A stretch of 55,086 nt of DNA from a virus (lineage: Duplodnaviria; Caudoviricetes): positions 1-55,086 of the IMG/VR virus record IMGVR_UViG_3300021976_000018. One strand, given 5' to 3'. The translations under genes were made by a program, and so were the position numbers. Positions 14,754-23,253 of the stretch are shown one piece after another. Within the stretch, counting starts at the first letter, position 1. The number at the start of each line of letters is the position of its first letter. Below the pieces are notes generated by a model. The model saw only the letters and a list, made by a program, of their open reading frames with translations, did not search any database and was not told where the DNA came from.

Positions 14754-15262
14754 GACGCACCGGCCCTACGGAGGAACCCGCGCTCACGGGCCCAGGCACC
14801 GTGACGGTGGATGTGGCGATGGCAGCCGGTGCCGCAGACATCGAGCGTGTTCCACGCCTCGTCGCTGGACCCGGGCCCGCGGGGGATGATGTGGTGCCGG
14901 TCGGTCGGCCGTCCCTTACACACACCGGGGATGGCGGCTTCGCAGACGTCGGCCAGCGGCTCGTCGGGTCGGGCGCGGCCGGGGGCGTTCCACCGCTTGT
15001 TCGTCGGGGACGTCGGCCGCATCCGTTTGCGTCCCTGGCCTTCCGGTGGGGGCCAGGGGGTCAGCTCGCTACCCACCGGGGTGACCGTGACGAGGCCGTC
15101 AGCGAACGACGGGCCGGTCGTGCCGTGGCCGGGGCCGCGCTGGTAGTAGCTCGCCCCGGTGGAGTCCTTCGCCCGCCAGCCACGGGACTTCAACCAGCGC
15201 AGCGAGACGATGCGGTTGGCTGAACCGACCGACATGCCAACCTCGAGAACGGCGGTCACCAC
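14750..15262 (-). CDS. HNH-domain protein
   Basis: CE...C.G..TDRHH..PR..G...N.L.VC...CH..IH. Confidence 0.7.
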   Translation of the reverse strand: MVTAVLEVGMSVGSANRIVSLRWLKSRGWRAKDSTGASYYQRGPGHGTTGPSFADGLVTVTPVGSELTPWPPPEGQGRKRMRPTSPTNKRWNAPGRARPDEPLADVCEAAIPGVCKGRPTDRHHIIPRGPGSSDEAWNTLDVCGTGCHRHIHRHGAWARERGFLRRAGAS

Positions 15263-15504
15263 CCCACCCCCTTCGCCGCCAGCTGCTCGCCGTAGTCGCT
15301 TCGGCCGCCGAGGTGCGTGTACCGGTAGCGCTCACCGGCTGGCATCGGGTCGACCGGCAGGTTCAGCAGGAACCGGTAGAGGTCGATGGCGCAGCCGGGG
15401 CAGAAGTCGAGGCCGCGGCGCCGCTCCCACCGGTCGTCCGTCGAGTCCACGTAGCCGCAGCGGTCGCACGCGAACTCCCACGTCGGAATCTCGCGGGCAG
15501 TCAC
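15256..15504 (-). CDS. Zinc-finger protein
   Basis: CDRCG...DFCPGC. Confidence 0.6.
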   Translation of the reverse strand: MTAREIPTWEFACDRCGYVDSTDDRWERRRGLDFCPGCAIDLYRFLLNLPVDPMPAGERYRYTHLGGRSDYGEQLAAKGVGW

Positions 15505-15722
15505 GACCCGTCCAGGCTCTCGTCGACACCGGCTTTCAGCGCTTCCCACTCGGCCTCGGTCTTGTCGACGCCCGTCACACAGATGGGCTCCTCGTAGCAA
15601 CCGAAGGCGCAGATGCCGGCGGGGTCGTGGCCGGGCAGCTTGAACGACCGCCGGAAGTAGGGGCACGTGTCGTAGTCGGGGAACTCGACGTCGCCGTCTT
15701 CAATCCACCTCGGCTCGCTCAC
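15501..15722 (-). CDS. Hypothetical protein
   Basis: ORF track; coupled overlaps. Confidence 0.55.
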   Translation of the reverse strand: MSEPRWIEDGDVEFPDYDTCPYFRRSFKLPGHDPAGICAFGCYEEPICVTGVDKTEAEWEALKAGVDESLDGS

Positions 15723-16477
15723 TTCGCCCCCTTCTCTGCGTGGTCGGCCATGTACTTGGCCTCAGCGTCGAACCCTGTAGGCGCCGGGTCGGGGCCAGGA
15801 CCGGCGACGGTCGGCCCTGACCCGTCATCGGTGGCGGTCAGCTCCGCGAGGTAGGCGAGCGCGGCCTCGGCCTGCTTGGCGGTGAGACGGTCAGGCTCCG
15901 GGAGGTTCTGCTTCCTCGACCACTCCTGCAGCGGTGGCCACTGCTCGGCGGTCAGACCGGCGATGGCCTGCTTGACCGCGACGATCTGGGCCTTCGCTGC
16001 AGCGGGTTCGGCGCTACGGGCATCGGCCTCGTGCGTGGTGCCGTCGGCGTCGTCGACCGGGTCCGAGATCTGGAACGTCTGCAGCAGGGCGTACTTCATG
16101 GCCTGGGTGAGGCACTTGTTGCCGCCCTTGTCCGAGTTGTCCCGGCCGATAGCGAGGATGGGGCCGATGACGATCTTGTCCTCGATGCCGCCCGGGCCGT
16201 AGACGTCGTACTCGATCTCCTCGACGACGTCGGTCCACGGCTTGGCGTTGACCATCAACTCGCGCAGATCGAAGGAGATGACGCGGGGGGTGAACAGGAC
16301 GCCGTGGCGGGCGAACAGCTCCTGGGTGTGCGGGGTGATCTGGTCGATGCCCCGGTACCGGTAGCCGCCCTGCTTCGGGTCGGCCTGGCCGCCCTTCTCG
16401 ATCGACGGCAGGTCACGCATCACCCGGCACAGGGCCTCGATGACATGCGCCGCCTTCGGCTCTTCGGTGGCGCTCAC
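15719..16477 (-). CDS. ERF-family single-strand annealing (recombination) protein
   Basis: I.K.......Y.YRGID......F..HG...G.D.SDKG..K..T.A.KY.LLQ.F.I...DD.D. Confidence 0.88.
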   Translation of the reverse strand: MSATEEPKAAHVIEALCRVMRDLPSIEKGGQADPKQGGYRYRGIDQITPHTQELFARHGVLFTPRVISFDLRELMVNAKPWTDVVEEIEYDVYGPGGIEDKIVIGPILAIGRDNSDKGGNKCLTQAMKYALLQTFQISDPVDDADGTTHEADARSAEPAAAKAQIVAVKQAIAGLTAEQWPPLQEWSRKQNLPEPDRLTAKQAEAALAYLAELTATDDGSGPTVAGPGPDPAPTGFDAEAKYMADHAEKGAK

Positions 16478-16641
16478 GACTGCTCCCCTTGCGGCAGGAC
16501 GCCCTCAACCATGTGGTTGCGGTACGCCTCGGTGGCTTCGTCAAGGACCGGCGACGAGAACCAGGCCTTGCAGTAGCAGCGCACGAACCCTCCGTCGGGA
16601 TGACGCAGGCAGGCTTCGGCTACTCCGTGGAGGGCCATCAC
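16474..16641 (-). CDS. Hypothetical protein
   Basis: GTGA overlaps. Confidence 0.45.
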   Translation of the reverse strand: MMALHGVAEACLRHPDGGFVRCYCKAWFSSPVLDEATEAYRNHMVEGVLPQGEQS

Positions 16642-16859
16642 GACGTCACCTGACCGTCGGGCCACCACACGACGATTTCGTCGTCGCGGGCCTCGACCCT
16701 GCAGGCGTCGTCGTAGCTGCGCCGGCCCTCGGGCATGTCCAGCAAGGCCCAGTCGATGGCCTTCCGGACATCGGAGACGCACGCTCCCCGGTCGACTGGG
16801 GCCGGGACCACGTACTCGTGGCGGGTCGTGGTAACGGTGCGCTTCGAGACGGTGCTCAC
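16638..16859 (-). CDS. Hypothetical protein
   Basis: GTGA overlaps. Confidence 0.55.
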   Translation of the reverse strand: MSTVSKRTVTTTRHEYVVPAPVDRGACVSDVRKAIDWALLDMPEGRRSYDDACRVEARDDEIVVWWPDGQVTS

Positions 16860-17113
16860 AGCCCCGCCCCCCACCACGTCGGGTCGTAGCCGATGGGCAC
16901 GTCGTCCTCCATGAGCGGGTCGCGTTCGGACTCGTCGTCCTGCCACTCCCCTGCGGCGACGGTGTCGGGATGCAACGGGACCTCCGCGTCGTAGCGGGCC
17001 TTATCCGCGCGGCACTGCGCGTCCGTGGGCCGGCGTGGGCCGCGCTCCGTCATCCACGTGGCGTCCGCGAGCTCGGCCCGCAGGTTCGCCAGGTACTGGT
17101 CGTGGGCGGTCAC
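16856..17113 (-). CDS. Hypothetical protein
   Basis: ORF track; coupled overlaps. Confidence 0.55.
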   Translation of the reverse strand: MTAHDQYLANLRAELADATWMTERGPRRPTDAQCRADKARYDAEVPLHPDTVAAGEWQDDESERDPLMEDDVPIGYDPTWWGAGL

Positions 17114-17496
17114 GAGTCACCCCGCAGCCGGTGCAACTGGCGGAGCGTCTCGGCGGCGCTTGACTCGTCGTCGACGACGAACCAGCCGACGTCGCGGTCG
17201 TGGGCGTAGTTGCCGAGCGGAACCTCACCGAGGTCGATGACGATGCTCAGGGCGTCCTGCGTCTCCCGGTGCAGCTGGCTCGCCCGGTCCTGCTGCTCTC
17301 TCGTGAAGTGCAGGTCGCCGTCGGCATCTTTGAACAGGACCCACGCGAGGATGCGGGCGATGTCGCCTTCGACGTCGCTGTTGCCGTAGGGGCGCTTCGG
17401 GTCAATCTCGGGAGCGCCGTACTCGCAGTCGTTCCACCCCACGTAGGCCGCACGGAGCAGACGCAAGTGGTCGTGGGTGAGGGTGAAGCGCTTCAC
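17110..17496 (-). CDS. Phage hypothetical protein
   Basis: HLRLLR...W...E.GAP.IDPKRPYGNSDV..DI..IL. Confidence 0.7.
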   Translation of the reverse strand: MKRFTLTHDHLRLLRAAYVGWNDCEYGAPEIDPKRPYGNSDVEGDIARILAWVLFKDADGDLHFTREQQDRASQLHRETQDALSIVIDLGEVPLGNYAHDRDVGWFVVDDESSAAETLRQLHRLRGDS

Positions 17497-17801
17497 GTCG
17501 CACTCCCCCGGTCGACCGGCACGACAGTTCCATCGGCTTCGATGACGACCTCGAGCCCGCACCACATGCAGTCCCCCGTCAACCGGTCGGTATCGAGGGT
17601 CACAGCCCAGCGGAGGTTGAGCTGGTGACGGCAGTTCGACTGCTTCCACAGCTGGCCTTCGGCGTCGCCCTCAGCGACCAACTCGGCGAGCTGCACCGGA
17701 TCGAGGTAGACGACCATGGGCTCGTGGTCCGTGGGCAGGGTGAGCACGAACGGCTTGTCGGGGAACAGCAGCGTGGTGTCGAAGGAGAGGGTGGGCCTCA
17801 T
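17493..17801 (-). CDS. Hypothetical protein
   Basis: ATG 17801; C.H...CMWCG. Confidence 0.5.
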   Translation of the reverse strand: MRPTLSFDTTLLFPDKPFVLTLPTDHEPMVVYLDPVQLAELVAEGDAEGQLWKQSNCRHQLNLRWAVTLDTDRLTGDCMWCGLEVVIEADGTVVPVDRGSAT

Positions 17802-17907
17802 CGCGCCATCACCCAGAGGAAGGCGACGAAGCCGAAGACGAGCACGGCGGTCAGGGCGACGTCCGGCCATGTGATGCCCGACTCGGCAGCGGCGAACAAC
17901 AGGGCGG

Positions 17908-18234
17908 TCACGACTCACCGCCGACGTAGATGTCCTCGAAGCGGAAGGTGTGCGGGGAGCGGGCGAACGGCAGCGACTTGAGGCCGCACACCCTCTCGTC
18001 CTCGATGAGGGCGAGCACGGTACAGCCCTGCACCTTCTCCCAGCAGTCGACGTTGCACGCCTGCAAGACGCCTTCGATGAACCGGTAGCAGGACCGGCCA
18101 CCGCGCAGGTCGTAGCCGCCGGCGCCCTGGGCGCTGCCGCCATAGTCCAGATGGACCATCGCGGTGAAGATGCCGTGGTCCTCAGGACCGAGCTGGGTGG
18201 ACTCGATGCGAGCGATGCGTTCCTCGGTTGCCAT
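17908..18234 (-). CDS. Phage hypothetical protein
   Basis: ARIEST.LG.EDHGIFT....LDYGGS.QG.GGY.L; GAGG RBS. Confidence 0.7.
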   Translation of the reverse strand: MATEERIARIESTQLGPEDHGIFTAMVHLDYGGSAQGAGGYDLRGGRSCYRFIEGVLQACNVDCWEKVQGCTVLALIEDERVCGLKSLPFARSPHTFRFEDIYVGGES

Positions 18235-18254
18235 ACGATGTACCTCGTTCCGGG

Positions 18255-18749
18255 ACCCCGGCGACCTGCGCTCCACGCACTCGGTCGTCGGGGTTTCTTG
18301 TTGTCAGGTCAGGTCAGGTGCGGGCGTTCGGAGGCTGCGTCCATGACTTGCAGCACGTGCCGTCCCCCAAAGGGGGCGCCGTGTGGCTGGCACGTATGGA
18401 CTCCGGACGCCCTGCTCCCCGACCCGAGGGGCGCGGCGGGCGGACAGGACGCCTCCCCGGGTCGAGGGGCACGACGCCCCGATGAGGAAGAGCCCGCCGG
18501 CCCGGACCTCAGGGCGCCGTTACCGCCCCGGGTCTCGTCACGTCCCAGCCGAGTGGCGTCCCCTGGGTGCGTGCTACAGGCCAGCGGGTAGCCGACGACC
18601 ACAGCGGGTTGGGAACCCTGCAGTCGTCGGACATCGACGCTGGGCCCGGCCATGGCGGCAAGGCCGGACCCAGCTGCCCCGGCGGCGGAGTGGTGCCGCC
18701 GGGCGAAGGTGGCCGGGGAACAGGGCGGGCAACTCTGCGCCCCGGCCAC
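18255..18749. other. Dense array of at least seven adjacent inverted repeats, candidate structured RNA
   Basis: Stems read directly; coordinates are in the findings. Confidence 0.55.
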
Positions 18750-19019
18750 GAGCAGGAGACAGGACGACGACTCGCTGTCGCCCGACAGGACCGCGGCGAG
18801 GAGCACCGCGAGCACCACCACGACCGTGACGACGCTGATGACGTTCACCGCCCGGCGGTTGAACTCCTCCTGGCGTGGGTCAGGAGCCGTCACAGCCGAC
18901 CTCCCCGCACTGAGTAGGCGGGCAATCGGGGTCGCAAGGGTCGGGGTCATCGCAGCCCACGGCCAGTAGGGCCATCGCCGCGAACACGAGCGCCCAGAAG
19001 CGACGCACGAGGGAGGCCG

Positions 19020-19394
19020 TCATCCGTGGACCCGCCAGGTCGTCGGCCACTCGGGGACAGCGTCACGCATCCCGGTGAGCACCTTCACGAGCGTCTCGTA
19101 GCTACCCCACCCGTTCGCCGGGTTCATGGCGCTGTACCGCACGGGATTCGACTCAAGTTGTCGGATCAGAGCGTCTAGGAAGGCGGCGCCGGTGGGTCCG
19201 TCGCAGCCGTCGAGGCGCTTCCACCAGGGCGGGCCGATGGCCTTCCAGATCGGGTGGTCGTCGGGGGTCGCCTTGGCGTTGACGCAGCCGAGATCGGTGA
19301 GAGCCTCAGCGATCATGCCGTTGCAGTTGTGGGTGTAGTTCCAGTCGCCCTCGGTGTGGCCGCGGTCGTCGGTGAGGTAGGCGTCCCAGCTCAC
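19020..19394 (-). CDS. Phage hypothetical protein
   Basis: MSWDAYL...NYTHN...M...NP.NGWGSYE. Confidence 0.7.
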   Translation of the reverse strand: MSWDAYLTDDRGHTEGDWNYTHNCNGMIAEALTDLGCVNAKATPDDHPIWKAIGPPWWKRLDGCDGPTGAAFLDALIRQLESNPVRYSAMNPANGWGSYETLVKVLTGMRDAVPEWPTTWRVHG

Positions 19395-19672
19395 GGCGTC
19401 TCCTCCCACCACTGCGAGAACAGGACGAAGCCACCCCACGCGGCGCCTTCCTCGATGCCGGTCGTGTCGAACGACCGGGTGTACGTCAGCTCAGGTGCCG
19501 GCGTGAGGCTCAAGCCGCCGGCGGTGGCGAGGCACAGCGCCCACACGGCGCAGACCCGCAGGGTGCAGCGGCCCAGCAGCCACAGCACCGTGCCCGCCGT
19601 CGCGGTCACCGCGACAGCGACGACGTAGGCGGCCATGTCGGCGTAGGACATCGAGTCCAGGAGGGCGGTCAC
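19391..19672 (-). CDS. Membrane protein
   Basis: Hydrophobic helices; GTGA overlap with the next gene. Confidence 0.5.
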   Translation of the reverse strand: MTALLDSMSYADMAAYVVAVAVTATAGTVLWLLGRCTLRVCAVWALCLATAGGLSLTPAPELTYTRSFDTTGIEEGAAWGGFVLFSQWWEETP

Positions 19673-19807
19673 CACACACCTGCCTCGAGCTCGCGGGCCT
19701 CGTCGAGCTGCCGGTCCCACGCCGCCAGGAAGCGGCGCCACGTTGGGCGTCGGAGGGGCGCGGACGGGACGGCAGTCAGCTCCGCCGGCGTCCCTCCGAC
19801 AGTGGGC

Positions 19808-20011
19808 TCAGGCGAGGTCATCGAACTCTCCTGCCTTCACCCCGGCTACGAACGCCTGCCACTCGTCATGGTCGGCGTGGACCTGGTCACCGTTGGGGAA
19901 GCGGCTGTTGCGCAAGACGACGCCCGTCGCGCAATGACCGGGGCACGAGGCCACCTCGACGCACTGCTCGGTGACGTGGTCCGCACCGCAACGGCTGGAG
20001 CGGCGCCACAT
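19808..20011 (-). CDS. DUF397 (BldB-family) protein
   Basis: WRRSS.C.....CVEVA......V.LRNS..P.......EW.AFVAGVKAGEFD. Confidence 0.88.
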   Translation of the reverse strand: MWRRSSRCGADHVTEQCVEVASCPGHCATGVVLRNSRFPNGDQVHADHDEWQAFVAGVKAGEFDDLA

Positions 20012-20159
20012 CAGCTCGCCTCCTGCTTGCCGCGTCCACATGGACAGTCCTGCGGGCAACGGCAGCGGGCCCGGGCCATGCGGAAGACGCGGGCGGTGTC
20101 GGCGAGGACGACCGGGTCGCGGAAGCTCGCCGGGATGTCGCGCTCCTGGGTGTCGGCCA

Positions 20160-20564
20160 TCACGCACCCTTCCGGCGCAGGAGCGCGGCGTCATCGGAGG
20201 CGACGAGCCCGGCCTTGTAGCGGGCCCGGTGGAACACGCGGCTGGTCAGCCGGCGGCACCGCCAGTACTGGCGGTAGGCCCACAGAGCGGGGACGACGGG
20301 CTTGAAGCACAGCGGCTCGCCGGGGTTGTGGGGACCGGCGATCTGCGACGGCCGCTGCAGCGAGAGCCCGCAGGTCGGGCAGATACCCCAACGATTCGGG
20401 TCGTCGATGCACACGCGGACGAGGCGGTCGCGCAGTCCGTCGAGTGCTTCGGTCGTGTCGTCGACCGCGTCGATCAGGTCGTGGGCGCCATCGTGGTCGG
20501 TGGGGATATCGGCGTCGTTGGCGATGCCTGTGGTCACGTGGAGGAGGTCGGTGAGTCCGCTCAC
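20160..20564 (-). CDS. Hypothetical protein
   Basis: GTGA overlap with the Cro stop. Confidence 0.55.
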   Translation of the reverse strand: MSGLTDLLHVTTGIANDADIPTDHDGAHDLIDAVDDTTEALDGLRDRLVRVCIDDPNRWGICPTCGLSLQRPSQIAGPHNPGEPLCFKPVVPALWAYRQYWRCRRLTSRVFHRARYKAGLVASDDAALLRRKGA

Positions 20565-20773
20565 GACTCCCCCAGGAGGTTGATGCCGAGGGCGGCGGCG
20601 ATAGCGAGGAACGTGTCGAGGCTCCCGATGCCGCTCTCTGCTCTGCTGATGGTGGCCGCCGTGACCTTGGCCATCTCGGCGACGGTCGCCTGGTTCAGGT
20701 CACGGCGGGCACGCTCCATGCGGAGCTTCTCGGCCCACTTCTCCTGCACCTCGGCTGCGGTCTGATTCGGCAC
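20561..20773 (-). CDS. Cro-like XRE HTH protein, first gene of the lytic operon
   Basis: LRMERARRDLNQATVAEMAKVTAATISRAESG; divergent from the repressor. Confidence 0.85.
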   Translation of the reverse strand: MPNQTAAEVQEKWAEKLRMERARRDLNQATVAEMAKVTAATISRAESGIGSLDTFLAIAAALGINLLGES

Positions 20774-20871
20774 GAGCAGTACAGTATCCGCAATACTGGT
20801 TCGGCACAAGTGGTACTTGAATGACAATTGCATCTTGCGCACGACGTACGTTCCGTACGACAATCGCAAGC
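20774..20871. promoter_or_regulatory. Divergent lysis/lysogeny promoters with candidate operators
   Basis: Minus strand: TTGTGC-N17-TACTGT-N7-GTG(20773). Plus strand: TTGCGC-N18-GACAAT-N7-GTG(20872). Palindromes CAGTAT-ccgca-ATACTG (20782-20798) and CGTACG-ttc-CGTACG. Confidence 0.7.
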
Positions 20872-21225
20872 GTGCCCGACGCTGCGGACCTCACTGAGGC
20901 GTTCGCTGGCGCCGTCGCCGAGCTGGAGGACCGGGGTTACACCCGCGAGCAGATCGCCGAGCGACTCGGCGTGAAGGCACCGACGCTCAGTCGGTACGTC
21001 ACTGGCAAGGCCGGCGTCCAGGTGGAACACCTGCCGATCATCGACACCCTGCTGGGTGAACGCCTGGGCTACGTGTTGAGACTCGCCGGGTTCGTCGACC
21101 CCGAGACCGACACCCGCACGACGCTGCGTACCGACCGGGGACTAGAGCCGGACCAGCGCGGGATCCTCGTGAAGATCTACGACGGGTTCCTGGAGCTACT
21201 GGCGTCGCGCTCCGGCGGCAGCTGA
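20872..21225 (+). CDS. Immunity repressor (XRE HTH, no S24 peptidase domain)
   Basis: YTREQIAERLGVKAPTLSRYVTG; 117 aa; divergent from Cro. Confidence 0.82.
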   Translation: MPDAADLTEAFAGAVAELEDRGYTREQIAERLGVKAPTLSRYVTGKAGVQVEHLPIIDTLLGERLGYVLRLAGFVDPETDTRTTLRTDRGLEPDQRGILVKIYDGFLELLASRSGGS

Positions 21226-21375
21226 GCCGATCGCTCCAGCGGCTCCCTCTAGCACCAGGAGCATGGCGTCAAGCCGTCGCTCCAACGCCTCGACCCTGAC
21301 CGCGAGATCGCCACTCCCACTGTCGCTGCTTCCCCCCGCGTCGTTGCGGGTACCGCCTTCTGCCGGTCGTACCAT
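21196..21375 (-). CDS. Small coiled-coil protein (59 aa), convergent with the repressor
   Basis: GGGAGG RBS; translated by hand ...DLAVRVEALERRLDAMLLVLEG... Confidence 0.45.
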   Translation of the reverse strand: MVRPAEGGTRNDAGGSSDSGSGDLAVRVEALERRLDAMLLVLEGAAGAIGSAAAGARRQ

Positions 21376-21512
21376 CCGGATTTGCCTCCCTGATCATCCC
21401 CACCCCTGGGTCAGGTCTGCGGCGTTGTTCACATCACGTTAAGTCAAATACCTCACCACACGTGACGTAGGAAACACAAGGGTTCACCACCTATCACCGG
21501 GTGTTAACTCAG

Positions 21513-21558
21513 GTGGCCCCCCGCCCAGGGGCGGTGTTACATCCGGGCGGGGGACCAC
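21513..21558. terminator. GC-rich hairpin, probable terminator
   Basis: GTGG-CCCCCCGCCC ... GGGCGGGGG-A-CCAC, just past the stop at 21562. Confidence 0.5.
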
Positions 21559-21561
21559 GAT

Positions 21562-21804
21562 CTACTCGACTGCCTTGCCGTCGAACTCGGCGGCGGGGCA
21601 AGGGCAGAAGCCGGCGCCGTCGTCGTCAGCGACGACCCAGTCGCCGACCCGCACCGTGGCCCACGCCTTGGCCTTGTCGACCCACAGGCTGAGCTGCTCG
21701 CCTGGGACGTCTACCCGGATGCGGTCGGGGTCCGCGAAGTCGCAGACCGCCGGGAAGTTGACTCCAGTCCATTGAACGGCGATCACCGGCTTGCGGTCGC
21801 TCAT
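21562..21804 (-). CDS. Phage hypothetical protein
   Basis: RKPV.AVQWTG.N...V.DF...V.VGDWVV......F.PC....F. Confidence 0.7.
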   Translation of the reverse strand: MSDRKPVIAVQWTGVNFPAVCDFADPDRIRVDVPGEQLSLWVDKAKAWATVRVGDWVVADDDGAGFCPCPAAEFDGKAVE

Positions 21805-22034
21805 GCCCGCCCCCAGTACCGACGGGCCCAGCGCCACTGCGCCACCGCGGCTGCAAGGTGACAGGGCTTCCACCAACGGAACCGGTCGGCCCCGTCCGTG
21901 TAGGGCGGCTGCTCGATGCGGCGCCACACGAACCAGCGTCCCTCGTCCTGGTACATGCGCTGGCCCTTCACGACGTTGAGATGGCGGCGCATGCCGGGCG
22001 TGATGTTGAGCACGGGCCTGTCGTCGTCACTCAC
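21801..22034 (-). CDS. Hypothetical protein
   Basis: ORF track; coupled overlaps. Confidence 0.5.
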   Translation of the reverse strand: MSDDDRPVLNITPGMRRHLNVVKGQRMYQDEGRWFVWRRIEQPPYTDGADRFRWWKPCHLAAAVAQWRWARRYWGRA

Positions 22035-22173
22035 GGCGACGTCTCGATGTGGAAGACGAGCTGGTCGACGAGCTCGCGCAGCCGGTCGGGGTCGGCGGTG
22101 TGTCGGGCCTGGTCCTGGATCTCACGCACCCGGTCAGGTGTGAGCGGCGCCCGGTAGTCCTTCGGGGAGTCGG

Positions 22174-22386
22174 TCACCTCGTCATCTCCCGGTGGCGCTG
22201 GTGCCCGGCTGCGGTGAGCATGTCGTCGAGCACATCGGCGCAGCGTTGCCCGGCGGCGTAGACGTCACCTGTGGCGAACTCTGCCACCGTGGCGACGTCG
22301 ATGCGGTCCGCCATCTCGTGGAGCCGGCCGGCGAGCTGTGCCACCTCAGTGGGACTTGGCTGCTGGGTCCTTCTAGGCTCACCCAT
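22174..22386 (-). CDS. Hypothetical protein
   Basis: GAGGAGG RBS, ATG 22386. Confidence 0.55.
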   Translation of the reverse strand: MGEPRRTQQPSPTEVAQLAGRLHEMADRIDVATVAEFATGDVYAAGQRCADVLDDMLTAAGHQRHREMTR

Positions 22387-22559
22387 GGTTGTCAACCTCC
22401 TCGGGGTTGATTGCCACGGCCCGGGTGTCGTTACGGCGTCGCCCGGGCCACTTCGCGTGGTCACGAAGGTAGGCGACATTGTCGGCGATGTCCACGGTCT
22501 CACCATTGGCGACGATGTAAGACTCGCTCGCGATGGGCGCAATCGGTAGAACTCCCGCC

Positions 22560-22730
22560 GTGGGAAACGTGGTGGTGAAGATCGACGACGACCTCCACGC
22601 CCGCGCACGGGCACTGCAGGTCCGCAAGCCAGGCACCTGGGCCGAGTGGGTCGAGGCCGCCATCGCCGAGGCCGTCGAACGCCAAGAGGCGGAACGGGCC
22701 GAAGAGGACCGCAAGAAGCGCAGCCGTTAG
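22560..22730 (+). CDS. Ribbon-helix-helix regulator
   Basis: NVVVKIDDDLHARARAL.....TWAEWVEAAIAEAV. Confidence 0.65.
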   Translation: MGNVVVKIDDDLHARARALQVRKPGTWAEWVEAAIAEAVERQEAERAEEDRKKRSR

Positions 22731-22869
22731 CCGTAGGGCCAGCGGCGCTTGCCGTGCTGGTGGTCGCCGCGGTGCCGGGCGGGTAGCTCGCAGTTCACGG
22801 TCCCCCACCACACGTGGGTCCAGCCGGGGCATGGTTCCTGCAAGCCGAGGAGGCGGGCGATGGCACCCA

Positions 22870-23088
22870 TCACGCCTCCTTCGTTTCGGCTGCGAGCCTG
22901 AAACTGACGGAGCGGGAGAGCGCCCCGGCACCGGGCGTGGAGAGGACATCGGCGGTGATGACGTCGGCGACGATCTCGTAGCGTTCCTCGTCGGAGGTGG
23001 CGTTGCGATACTCCTTCACCGTCATCTCGTCGAGGTCGATCGTGCCCTGGGCGTCCCGGGTCTGGGTGAACTCGTAGTCGGCCTGCAT
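22870..23088 (-). CDS. Hypothetical protein
   Basis: AGGAG RBS; acidic 72-aa ORF. Confidence 0.6.
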   Translation of the reverse strand: MQADYEFTQTRDAQGTIDLDEMTVKEYRNATSDEERYEIVADVITADVLSTPGAGALSRSVSFRLAAETKEA

Positions 23089-23168
23089 GTGGTGCTCCTA
23101 TCTGGGGTGGCGCGCGGCGCTAACCCCTGTTTCGGCCGGTTTCGGCTCTCATCGGGGGTGGAGGGTCA

Positions 23169-23249
23169 GGGGATAGAGTGCAGGTCAGAGGCCCTGTCGG
23201 GTCTCATCGGGGGGGATAGGATCTGCGCGATAGGGGGATAGGGGGATAG
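23169..23249. repeat. 8-bp direct repeats GGGGATAG, clt-like transfer locus
   Basis: Perfect copies at 23169, 23212, 23234 and 23242, plus CGCGATAG at 23226, directly downstream of the FtsK/TraB stop. Confidence 0.7.
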
Positions 23250-23253
23250 GGCG

